A stretch of 64,000 nucleotides of DNA from Bacteroidota bacterium (GTDB lineage: Bacteria > Bacteroidota > Bacteroidia > 2-12-FULL-35-15): the NCBI GenBank assembly GCA_947466965.1, contig CANIFU010000003.1:23151-87150 (forward strand). The letters are read 5' to 3'. The translations under genes were made by a program, and so were the position numbers. Below the pieces are notes generated by a model, which was not told where the DNA came from, ran no database searches, and saw nothing but the letters and a program-made list of their open reading frames with translations. Shown in pieces: positions 10,421-18,756 of this stretch (within the stretch, counting starts at the first letter, position 1; each line of letters begins with the position of its first letter).

Positions 10421-11139
10421 TTTAATAGTTCACTTTTCTCAGTAACAAGTTCATAATCATCAGGAGAAGGATACATATCTTTTTGTATGATACTTTGTAT
10501 GAAAAAATTTTGTATTGATAATGGTATTTTTCTGATCCCTCTTAAATAAAATACATTTTCAATCACGTTACCAATTTTATTTCTTAGTGTTTTTTTATTG
10601 TAACGTGCATATTTTTGACCATATATTTTAACATCATCAAATGTATTATTTAACAAATCGGAGAGTTCATCTAGTGTAAATTCCTGGGTATGGAATGGAT
10701 TTATAATTACACCTGTTGGGCTATTTATAATATAATTTGGTGTTGATATAAATGCTATACCACCGTTTTTTAATGTTCTATAGAACTCAATTACCATTTC
10801 TTTATATTGGGTTGTATGTTCTATCGTTTCAAACGAAACAATTTTATCAAAATAATTGTTGTTAAATGGAATATTAGTTCCATCTATAAATTTGAATTCT
10901 AAATTCTTTAAATCAGTAAATTTTTTAGAGCAATAGTCGATCGTTTCCTGTGAAATATCTCCACCTATGACTAGGTTATCTGTTTTTTCACTTAGGATAG
11001 ATGAGCCAAAACCATTACCGCAAGCAATATCTAAGATGATATCGGAAGGCGATAAGTATTGGAAAGTGCTGTTGTAGCGATGAATGTGTTCGCCCCACCA
11101 TGGAGTATTTTTATTGTGTTCTTGACGTTCTGATGACAT
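10384..11139 (-). CDS. Class I SAM-dependent methyltransferase
   Basis: EHIHRY, ILDIACGNGFG, FDKIVSFETIEH, LKNGG...ISTPN, NPFHTQE. Confidence 0.88.
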   Translation of the reverse strand: MSSERQEHNKNTPWWGEHIHRYNSTFQYLSPSDIILDIACGNGFGSSILSEKTDNLVIGGDISQETIDYCSKKFTDLKNLEFKFIDGTNIPFNNNYFDKIVSFETIEHTTQYKEMVIEFYRTLKNGGIAFISTPNYIINSPTGVIINPFHTQEFTLDELSDLLNNTFDDVKIYGQKYARYNKKTLRNKIGNVIENVFYLRGIRKIPLSIQNFFIQSIIQKDMYPSPDDYELVTEKSELLKCKTFLAICKKK

Positions 11140-11141
11140 GA

Positions 11142-12260
11142 TTATTCCAGTTTTTTATACATATCTATTATTTTATCTGCATTAGAAATGTCAAATTTTA
11201 ATAGAACATCTTTTTTTAATTTTGTCCCCATGTTTTTTAATTTAACAGGATTATTATATGCGTCAATAATAATTTCTTTTAAATTATTTTCACTGTCTTT
11301 TAATGAAATTAAATAACCATTTACGTTGTTTATTACATAATCATTGTAATCGCCAACGTTATCCGACACTACAATTGCTTTTTCAAATAATGCAAACTCT
11401 TTGGCTGCACTATTACTAGCATCTGTTAAAGATGGCTGAATTAATAAATCAGCGGCAGCCATAAAGTTAATAAAATCTGTTCTGAAACCGAGCATTATAA
11501 TGTGATCTTTTAAATTGAATTTTAAGATGTAAGCTTCAAGGTTTTCTTTTTCCGGGCCTTCATCAAGAACTATTAGTTTTATATCATAGCCTGAATCAAT
11601 AAGATCTTTTACTATTGGAAAAACAATGTGATGCCTTTTTAATTTTATTAATCGTGAAACCATTATTAATCTTAATTTGCAAGGGTATTGAAGTTTTATT
11701 TTTTCAATTTCAGTAGGTTCGGGTTGTTGGTATTTTGAAAAATCATAAATATATGGAATGATGCACATTTTGTTGATATCCACTTTTTCATAATTTTTTA
11801 TCCCTTCGTAAACTCCTTTTGATGGAACAACAATTTTTTTAGCTAAAAAATTAATGATTTTATCAAATCGTATTTCATTTTTATTAATACGAATAACTTC
11901 TTTTATATTTTCTATAAACCGGAAATGATGTCGGAAGACGATTAATTTAGATGTAATAAAGTATTGAGCGATTACTGCAATTATATTTGCATGTTGAAGA
12001 TGGGAATGAATAATGTTGATTTTTTTTTCTTTACAAAATCGGATTAAAAAAATAATTTGTTTAATGTAATATACAAACCCAGATGTGTTGATTTTATTGG
12101 AAAACGTTTGAAAGCCAATTGATTCCATATAAAAATGGAATGCTCCTTTTGAGCAAGTAGTTAAAATAATGATTTCAAAATCTTTTTTTCTAAGTTCAAT
12201 CAATAACGTTTCTAGGGCTATTGTTCTCTTATTAGATGGGTAGTAAAATAATATTTTCAT
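11142..12260 (-). CDS. GT4-family glycosyltransferase
   Basis: IIHSH, MVSRL..LK, LGFR.D...MAAADLLIQPS, NGYL. Confidence 0.82.
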   Translation of the reverse strand: MKILFYYPSNKRTIALETLLIELRKKDFEIIILTTCSKGAFHFYMESIGFQTFSNKINTSGFVYYIKQIIFLIRFCKEKKINIIHSHLQHANIIAVIAQYFITSKLIVFRHHFRFIENIKEVIRINKNEIRFDKIINFLAKKIVVPSKGVYEGIKNYEKVDINKMCIIPYIYDFSKYQQPEPTEIEKIKLQYPCKLRLIMVSRLIKLKRHHIVFPIVKDLIDSGYDIKLIVLDEGPEKENLEAYILKFNLKDHIIMLGFRTDFINFMAAADLLIQPSLTDASNSAAKEFALFEKAIVVSDNVGDYNDYVINNVNGYLISLKDSENNLKEIIIDAYNNPVKLKNMGTKLKKDVLLKFDISNADKIIDMYKKLE

Positions 12261-13345
12261 TATTTAAATTGAAAGTCTTTTTCTAATTGGTTAAATTGTT
12301 TTTTAAAGTATTGTATTGCATTTTCTTCTGTGTAGAGTTGTCCTATTTCCATACATTTTTGTGAAAGTTTTTTCTTTTCGGTATCAGTTAATCCAAAAAA
12401 CCAATTTATTTTATTAGCAATAATTTTGGCATCAAGTGGAGAAATTAGTTCTTTACTAACTTTTTCAACAACTTCTTTGGTGCCTGTCCATTCAGAAATG
12501 AGAGGGGGGATTCCATAAGACATTGCAATAAGCACTGTTAGTCCATAAGCTTCACCGCGAGCACAATGTAAATAGAATGAACTTTTGTTTAAAAAAATAT
12601 CAAGCTTTTCGGTGTTTCCAATAAAATGTATTGCTTTTTGTGTTTCTATTGAATATAGGTTAAGAAGTTCAACCTTCAGTTTATCTTCCCAATCGCCAAC
12701 AATTGTGAATGTTAATTCAGAATCTTCTTTTAAAGCAATAGAAAAAGCTTCTAACATTAGATCAAGTCCTTTATACCACAATCGGTTTTGACCTGGCCCT
12801 TGACCTATAAATAAAATATTTTTATGATTATCTATTGAAGTGATATTTTGCTGTTTAGGAAAATGATTAGAAGGTATTCCATTTATTACAGTATATAATT
12901 TAGGCGTTTTTTCACCTAATATATTTTTCACGAGCATTTCAGCCATTTCACCTTCGCATATAAGAGCATCATAACGTTTTAGTGCCTGAATATGAAGATA
13001 TTCAGTAAAGCGGGAAAAACGATGTGTATATATGAAATAAAGGGTGTGGCTTCCTAAATGTGCTACAATTTTTTGTTTTTTTGAAATCAATCGGAATGAT
13101 TTCATAATTACAGGCATGAAATGAAGGTTATCAACTAGAAAAATTTCATATTTTCTTTTTAAAGGAAATGTAATTGCGCAAACAAACCAGCTAATTATTC
13201 TGTATAAAATAAATTTATTCTTATCCTGCCATCTCATTTTGAAATCCACAAAATGAAATGTTGCATTCACTGATTCAGCAAATTTCCTATGCATTGGATG
13301 TGCACAAGGTCTCCCTTGAATGTATGCTACCTTAATTTGCTTCAT
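12260..13345 (-). CDS. GT4-family glycosyltransferase
   Basis: KGLDLMLEAF and EAYGLTVLIAMSYG (EX7E-like donor-binding region). Confidence 0.82.
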   Translation of the reverse strand: MKQIKVAYIQGRPCAHPMHRKFAESVNATFHFVDFKMRWQDKNKFILYRIISWFVCAITFPLKRKYEIFLVDNLHFMPVIMKSFRLISKKQKIVAHLGSHTLYFIYTHRFSRFTEYLHIQALKRYDALICEGEMAEMLVKNILGEKTPKLYTVINGIPSNHFPKQQNITSIDNHKNILFIGQGPGQNRLWYKGLDLMLEAFSIALKEDSELTFTIVGDWEDKLKVELLNLYSIETQKAIHFIGNTEKLDIFLNKSSFYLHCARGEAYGLTVLIAMSYGIPPLISEWTGTKEVVEKVSKELISPLDAKIIANKINWFFGLTDTEKKKLSQKCMEIGQLYTEENAIQYFKKQFNQLEKDFQFK

Positions 13346-13366
13346 TTAAAAATTGTAATTAGGGAT

Positions 13367-14272
13367 CTAACTATTTTTCCCAACGTAAATAAATGTATTA
13401 CCCCAGCGATTGTTAATCGAACTAAGTAAAATACTGGTTTTGCCAATGAGTAGCTTTATTTTTCCTCCAATACCCTTTGCTGAATTATAAGAGGCAGGGT
13501 ATGGCCATGCAGCTTCACTGATTTTATATTCTAATGTAGTAAGGTTGAACTTTTCAAAAAAAGTCAATTGATTTGTGGAGTTAGTAAATGTAATGTGAGT
13601 AGGAGTGTGGTTAGAAATGTATCCATTTCTATATTTGTTCATCAATTTGAAGTATGTCTTTCTTGATAAAAAAGCGAAGTTGAAATTACATTCTATTGGG
13701 CCTTCAACAATTAGAATCCCATTTTTATTTAGTTTAGTTAATAATAGTTGCATTGTTTCATTTGGCGAATCCAGGTGCTCTAAAACATTGCTTAATCTTA
13801 TTATATCATATTTAATGTCGGGGTTTTGCAAGATTTCGTTTGTAGTGTAAAAATTGCTTGCAGAATACTCTTTTTTTAATATTTCAACATGTTCAGCGTT
13901 ATATTCAGCACCATCGCATTTTATTCCTGAAACAGTTGCATTAACAATGAAATTTGCATTTCCACATCCATAGTCCAAAACCTTTGGACTTCCTTCAAAA
14001 TGTTTTTTTATTAAATCAAATTGAACGCCATAACTAAAGCGAAGTCCAAGGAGTTTTTTATATTTGTCTGATTGAATAGTTTTATCTACGCCATTTTGAT
14101 AATAAGGAGGATACATCTTCAGATAATCATTGGAATTAGGCATTGGTGTAATATAAACAACTTCACAATTCATACATTTAATGTAACTAAACGTTTTACC
14201 GTTGAAAGTAGTGGAAGGTAAAAATGTTTTACTATAATGACTTCGTGAACAATAAGGGCAAGACATAAACAA
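13367..14272 (-). CDS. Class I SAM-dependent methyltransferase with N-terminal Cys pairs
   Basis: CPYC...CMNC, VLDYGCGNA, YDIIRLSNVLEHL. Start is probably ATG 14266. Confidence 0.85.
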   Translation of the reverse strand: MFMSCPYCSRSHYSKTFLPSTTFNGKTFSYIKCMNCEVVYITPMPNSNDYLKMYPPYYQNGVDKTIQSDKYKKLLGLRFSYGVQFDLIKKHFEGSPKVLDYGCGNANFIVNATVSGIKCDGAEYNAEHVEILKKEYSASNFYTTNEILQNPDIKYDIIRLSNVLEHLDSPNETMQLLLTKLNKNGILIVEGPIECNFNFAFLSRKTYFKLMNKYRNGYISNHTPTHITFTNSTNQLTFFEKFNLTTLEYKISEAAWPYPASYNSAKGIGGKIKLLIGKTSILLSSINNRWGNTFIYVGKNS

Positions 14273-14300
14273 GATCTATTAATTACTCTTTCAATGGCAG

Positions 14301-14308
14301 CAAATTTA
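14301..14308 (-). promoter_or_regulatory. Internal -7 box (TAAATTTG)
   Basis: TAnnTTTG on the minus strand in the short gap upstream of the 13367..14272 gene. Confidence 0.45.
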
Positions 14309-14310
14309 TA

Positions 14311-15465
14311 CTAATCTTTTTTTGAATGCAATACTTTCTCATAAAATATCTCATTTGGCATGGCTATATTTTTACTTCCATAGTTTTCCAATATAGTTTT
14401 CCGGGCTTTGTGTCCTAATTTTTTTCTTAATTCAATGTTTTCAATTAAAAGCGATATTTTAGCTGCTAAATCATCTGTGTTACCACATTTGAATACAATT
14501 CCATTTACATTATCTTTTACGATGCTGGTTAATTCAGGAATATCTGAAACGACTATAGGCAACTCCATGGCCATTTTTTCTAATAGTGCAATGGGTAATC
14601 CTTCTTGGTATGAAGGGAAAACAGCAAAGTCGCATTCATTTAAAATATCAGTAATTTGATATTGAGTGCCCATAAATACAACAGAATTGTCAAGAATTAG
14701 TTTCTTTGTGAGGTCTTGAATTTTATTATTTAATCCATCAGGTCCAACAAGAATAAGTTTTTTTTTGTGTTTACTATTGATTTTACTCCAGGATACAATT
14801 AGATCTTCATGTCCTTTAGGATAATCTATTCTTGCAACGTACACGACTGAAGTATATTCCCTTTTTATTTTAGGTTTTGGCTTATACAGATTGATATTCA
14901 ACTTGTTTTCAATACGTGTTAATTTTTTATCTTTTCCTAAAAGTTTATGATTTATAATTTCATCATAAGTCCCCTTAGAGATTGCAATTATATTGTATTT
15001 TTTAAATACAATACGGTAGATTACACCTAAAATATTTAATGATAATGATTTTTGGTTCAGTCTTAAAAGATGTTGAGTGAATACTAATTCACAATTGGTT
15101 TTCTGTTGGATCAATATTCCAATCCTTAGTTCTCGCGGATGGATGTGAAGATGCAAGATATCGGGTTTTTCACCTATGATGTCATTTATCAATTGTGCAC
15201 CATTTCTTTTTACAAACTTAGTAAAAAGAAAATGTTTAAAATAGCTCAATAGAGAATAGTTTAAGCTGTATTGATAGGTATACGTTTTAATCTTAATTTC
15301 AGGAGAAAGCTGATACGTAGATAATAATTCAATGTCTTTATTTAATGTATAAATAGAAACATCATATTGATTTAAATTTGCGGAAGAGCAGATATCGAGC
15401 ACAACTTTTTGTGTACCTCCAACTCCAAGATCAGGAACAAGGTGAATTACTTTTGTTTTTTTCAC
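14311..15465 (-). CDS. GT4-family glycosyltransferase
   Basis: LGVGGTQK, VARI...KG, FPSYQEGLPIALLEKMAMELPIVVSD, NGIVF. Confidence 0.9.
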   Translation of the reverse strand: MKKTKVIHLVPDLGVGGTQKVVLDICSSANLNQYDVSIYTLNKDIELLSTYQLSPEIKIKTYTYQYSLNYSLLSYFKHFLFTKFVKRNGAQLINDIIGEKPDILHLHIHPRELRIGILIQQKTNCELVFTQHLLRLNQKSLSLNILGVIYRIVFKKYNIIAISKGTYDEIINHKLLGKDKKLTRIENKLNINLYKPKPKIKREYTSVVYVARIDYPKGHEDLIVSWSKINSKHKKKLILVGPDGLNNKIQDLTKKLILDNSVVFMGTQYQITDILNECDFAVFPSYQEGLPIALLEKMAMELPIVVSDIPELTSIVKDNVNGIVFKCGNTDDLAAKISLLIENIELRKKLGHKARKTILENYGSKNIAMPNEIFYEKVLHSKKD

Positions 15466-15482
15466 TTTTATTAGTAAAATGG

Positions 15483-16175
15483 TTACTGGTTGTTGTCTCT
15501 GATTTTTCTGATTGTATAACTGATATGTCGATTATTTTCGTGAGTTAAGTATAGAAATTCCCAATTATGCTCAACACAGAATTCGTTTACAGCCTCTACA
15601 ACACCATATCTTGTGAAATTATTATAGCAACGAGTTACATAATCATGCCCAGTAATTAGTCCATCTGTTTTAACTTTTTTTAAACAACTATTTAATTCTT
15701 TTTTAGTTGTTTCATATGAATGGTCCGTATCAATGTAAACCCAATCAAAATAATGATCTTCAAATTTTTCTAATTCTATGTATGAAAATCCTTTATGAAA
15801 AACAATATTGTTGTCCATGAGTTCCATTTTTAGATTCTGCTTGGTAGTTTCCATTTTTTCTATGGTGTATTGCATGCTATCCCATGCATCAATTAAATGT
15901 AGTTTTTGGGGTTTACATTTGCTTATAATTTCTTTTGAAAAAAGTCCTTCATCAACTCCCAACTCAGCAATAATTCCGTTTTTGGGTAATAAATTTAACA
16001 TTGCATCTCTGTCAGAAATTATTTTCAAATTTCTCAGGTGTATATCGGTTAATACGGGAGAGGGGAAACGTTTTTGATATTCTTTTTCTTCCTTTTGCAT
16101 CTGAAGCATGGTCATCCAATTAAATTTTAGTTTAATGGAATAAGGAATAAAATTATTATAAAAGAATCTGAACAT
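15483..16175 (-). CDS. Class I SAM methyltransferase (Methyltransf_24-like)
   Basis: AELGVDEG, LIDAW, FDWVYIDTDHSYE, ITGHDY, YGVVEAVNEF. Confidence 0.82.
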   Translation of the reverse strand: MFRFFYNNFIPYSIKLKFNWMTMLQMQKEEKEYQKRFPSPVLTDIHLRNLKIISDRDAMLNLLPKNGIIAELGVDEGLFSKEIISKCKPQKLHLIDAWDSMQYTIEKMETTKQNLKMELMDNNIVFHKGFSYIELEKFEDHYFDWVYIDTDHSYETTKKELNSCLKKVKTDGLITGHDYVTRCYNNFTRYGVVEAVNEFCVEHNWEFLYLTHENNRHISYTIRKIRDNNQ

Positions 16176-16218
16176 GGTATTATTTTTTAAATTTTAAAAA
16201 CGAATTAATTCTTGTAAA

Positions 16219-17988
16219 TTAATTATTTGCTATTAATCGCCCCTCCTCTAATTTGTAAATTACATCACAATATTTTAATGTTTGAATTCTATGGGCAACA
16301 ATGATAATTGTAAGTTCCTTATGTGAAATATTATTTATAGATTCTGTTAGCATTTCTTCAGTTTCTGTATCGAGTGAGCTGGTTGCTTCATCAAATATTA
16401 AAATTTGTCCTCCATGATATAATGCTCTTGCTATACCAATTCTTTGTCGTTGTCCTCCGGATATTTTTATACCTTTTTCTCCAATTTGGGTTTGAGATCC
16501 TTCGGGAAGTAAATTTACAAACTGTTCCAATTGTGATTGAACAATCACTTGGTCTAATAAATTATTATCAATCTCATTTACCGGTATTCCAAATGCTATA
16601 TTTTCACTAATTGAACCGTCTAACAGCGTAATATTTTGAGGAACATAACTTACCAATTTGTACCAATCGAACAAATTTGATTTATCAATTTTGATGTTAT
16701 CAACAAAAATTCCACCACTGCTTTCTTGGAAAAGCCTTAATAGAATATTCAGTAAGGTTGTTTTTCCTGCGCCTGATGTACCAATTATTCCAATTGTTTG
16801 TCCTTTTTGAATAGTAAGATTAAGGTTTGTTAATACGTTCGCTGTATTATTTTCAAAGCTGAAAGCAAGATCCTTGATTACTAAATTTTCTTTAAATTCT
16901 AATGCGCTTGTATTCTCATTCTTGCTTCTTTTATTTGAATCTCTCGTTAATTCTTCAACTTCCATATTTTTATCGAAATGCTGGAAAATATATGTATTCG
17001 TTTTGATATAATTCGATGTTAATATGATTTTATTCATTGAAGGAATAAGCCGAAATGCTGCAATCGCAAAAATGATTAAAAATTGCGCCAATACGGCTAA
17101 GTCTTTATTTAATAAATATCCTGAAATAAAAATGGAAAATATCGCTAAAACTGCCACTGTCTCTACAAATTTCGGAGAAAATGAATTCATTAGAAACGTT
17201 TCAGAAACGGACTTGCTGTATTTGTCCACAGTCTTTTTAAATAATGGCTTAAAATAATTTACTTTATTAAAAATCGTAATTTCTCTGAATGCTTCCATAG
17301 ATTGAAGCCCTAATTTAAACATGTATGCACTTTCTGCATCTCTTCGTTCTGATATTTCTCGTAATTTCTTTTTATAAATTTTGTTATAAACTAGTAAAAA
17401 TGGAGCGGTGAAAAGTATAAGTGACCAAAATAATAATGGGTCATAAAATATAATAATGGAAATAATTAAAATCAAGATAAATAATTCATTTACTAATGCT
17501 ATAAATGGAAGTATCATGTAATTTATTAGTTCAAAAGGTATTTGAGTAAAGTTTCTTAATAATACTGCAGTATTATTATCGGAGTGAAAGCTATAGGGTT
17601 TTTTAAAATAGGAATAATACTTTTCAATGGATAGTCGACAAGCTAAATTAAATGCTACTGTAATTTGTTTTTTTGAAATGATATAGAAAAAAAAATTTTT
17701 AAGAACAAACAAAATCGTAATTGAACTGAACAAGAATAATACAAAACTTATATTGTTTTTGAAATGAAGAGAAGTATAAAGTAAATTAACATACTTGTTT
17801 TCCTGAATAATAGCTGGCTCAATAATAATTCTTATAACAGGAAAGAGAACAAAAAGTCCGAAAATTTCAAAAAGAGACGTTACAAGATAAATCGGGGCGA
17901 GCCTTATAATTGCTTTGAATACATAAGGTGGCAGCTTATCCTTAATGTTATAATATGTATCAACTAAAAAAAAACGATTCCTACTCAT
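16219..17988 (-). CDS. ABC half-transporter (TMD+NBD), PglK/Wzk/HepA-like lipid-linked glycan flippase
   Basis: N-terminal TM helices with a RLIPS motif; Walker A GTSGAGKTT; ISGGQRQRIGIARALY; IFDEATSSLD; first gene of the glycan operon. Confidence 0.8.
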   Translation of the reverse strand: MSRNRFFLVDTYYNIKDKLPPYVFKAIIRLAPIYLVTSLFEIFGLFVLFPVIRIIIEPAIIQENKYVNLLYTSLHFKNNISFVLFLFSSITILFVLKNFFFYIISKKQITVAFNLACRLSIEKYYSYFKKPYSFHSDNNTAVLLRNFTQIPFELINYMILPFIALVNELFILILIISIIIFYDPLLFWSLILFTAPFLLVYNKIYKKKLREISERRDAESAYMFKLGLQSMEAFREITIFNKVNYFKPLFKKTVDKYSKSVSETFLMNSFSPKFVETVAVLAIFSIFISGYLLNKDLAVLAQFLIIFAIAAFRLIPSMNKIILTSNYIKTNTYIFQHFDKNMEVEELTRDSNKRSKNENTSALEFKENLVIKDLAFSFENNTANVLTNLNLTIQKGQTIGIIGTSGAGKTTLLNILLRLFQESSGGIFVDNIKIDKSNLFDWYKLVSYVPQNITLLDGSISENIAFGIPVNEIDNNLLDQVIVQSQLEQFVNLLPEGSQTQIGEKGIKISGGQRQRIGIARALYHGGQILIFDEATSSLDTETEEMLTESINNISHKELTIIIVAHRIQTLKYCDVIYKLEEGRLIANN

Positions 17989-18006
17989 TTATAATTTATA
18001 TCTTTT

Positions 18007-18056
18007 CAAAGATAACAAATAGGGTTATATCTACTCATTTTTTATATGTAAATTTG
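18007..18056. promoter_or_regulatory. Divergent promoter pair (-7 boxes)
   Basis: TATCTTTG on the minus strand at 18007-18014 faces the ABC flippase; TAAATTTG on the plus strand at 18049-18056 faces rdgB. Confidence 0.6.
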
Positions 18057-18072
18057 TACAATATTTTAGATT

Positions 18073-18651
18073 ATGAAACTCGTCTTCGCAACCTCCAATC
18101 AAAATAAAGCAAATGAAATTCAATCTTTGATTCCGGATGTAATACAAATATTAAGTTTACTCGATATTCAATGCAACGAAGAAATTCCCGAAACTCAACC
18201 TACTATTGAAAGGAATGCATCTCAAAAGGCTTTTTATGTTTACGAAAAGTACAATAAAAATTGTTTTGCCGATGATACGGGTTTAGAAGTGGAAAGTTTA
18301 GACGGGAGTCCAGGTGTGTTTTCTGCTCGTTATGCTGGTGAAAGCAGAGATGCGAATCAAAACATGGATAAAGTTCTACAGGAATTGGAGCTGAAAGAAA
18401 ATCGTAAAGCCCGTTTTAAAACAGTTATTTCATTGGTAATTAATGGAAATGAGATGCAGTTTGAAGGCGTTGTCAATGGTGTGATTTTGTCAGAAAAAAG
18501 AGGTGAAAGTGGGTTTGGATACGATCCCATTTTTCTTCCTGATGGATACGATCTTTCATTTGCCCAAATGGATCTTCTTACAAAAAATAAAATATCTCAT
18601 AGGGCCAAGGCTGTGAATAAACTTGTTGAATACTTGAGGACGATTGTCTGA
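18073..18651 (+). CDS. rdgB: Non-canonical purine NTP pyrophosphatase (RdgB/HAM1)
   Basis: LVFATSNQNK, ADDTGLEV, PGVFSARYAG, GFGYDPIF, KNKISHR. Confidence 0.95.
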   Translation: MKLVFATSNQNKANEIQSLIPDVIQILSLLDIQCNEEIPETQPTIERNASQKAFYVYEKYNKNCFADDTGLEVESLDGSPGVFSARYAGESRDANQNMDKVLQELELKENRKARFKTVISLVINGNEMQFEGVVNGVILSEKRGESGFGYDPIFLPDGYDLSFAQMDLLTKNKISHRAKAVNKLVEYLRTIV

Positions 18652-18670
18652 AATGGCCTTTCCTTAAGTT

Positions 18671-18678
18671 TAAATTTG
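18671..18678 (+). promoter_or_regulatory. -7 box upstream of ddl (TAAATTTG)
   Basis: TAnnTTTG consensus in the rdgB-ddl intergenic region. Confidence 0.45.
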
Positions 18679-18756
18679 TACATTATAAGGTACGTTTCCT
18701 TATTCTTTTTTTATTAAAATCTTTGCGGACTTTAAGTCATTGCGAGAATAAAGCAA

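Noticed and set aside
17981..18040. Direct repeat CTACTCATTT at 17981 and 18031
   Set aside because: Only two 10-nt AT-rich copies, one of which is the ABC gene start. Not enough to call an operator or target-site duplication.
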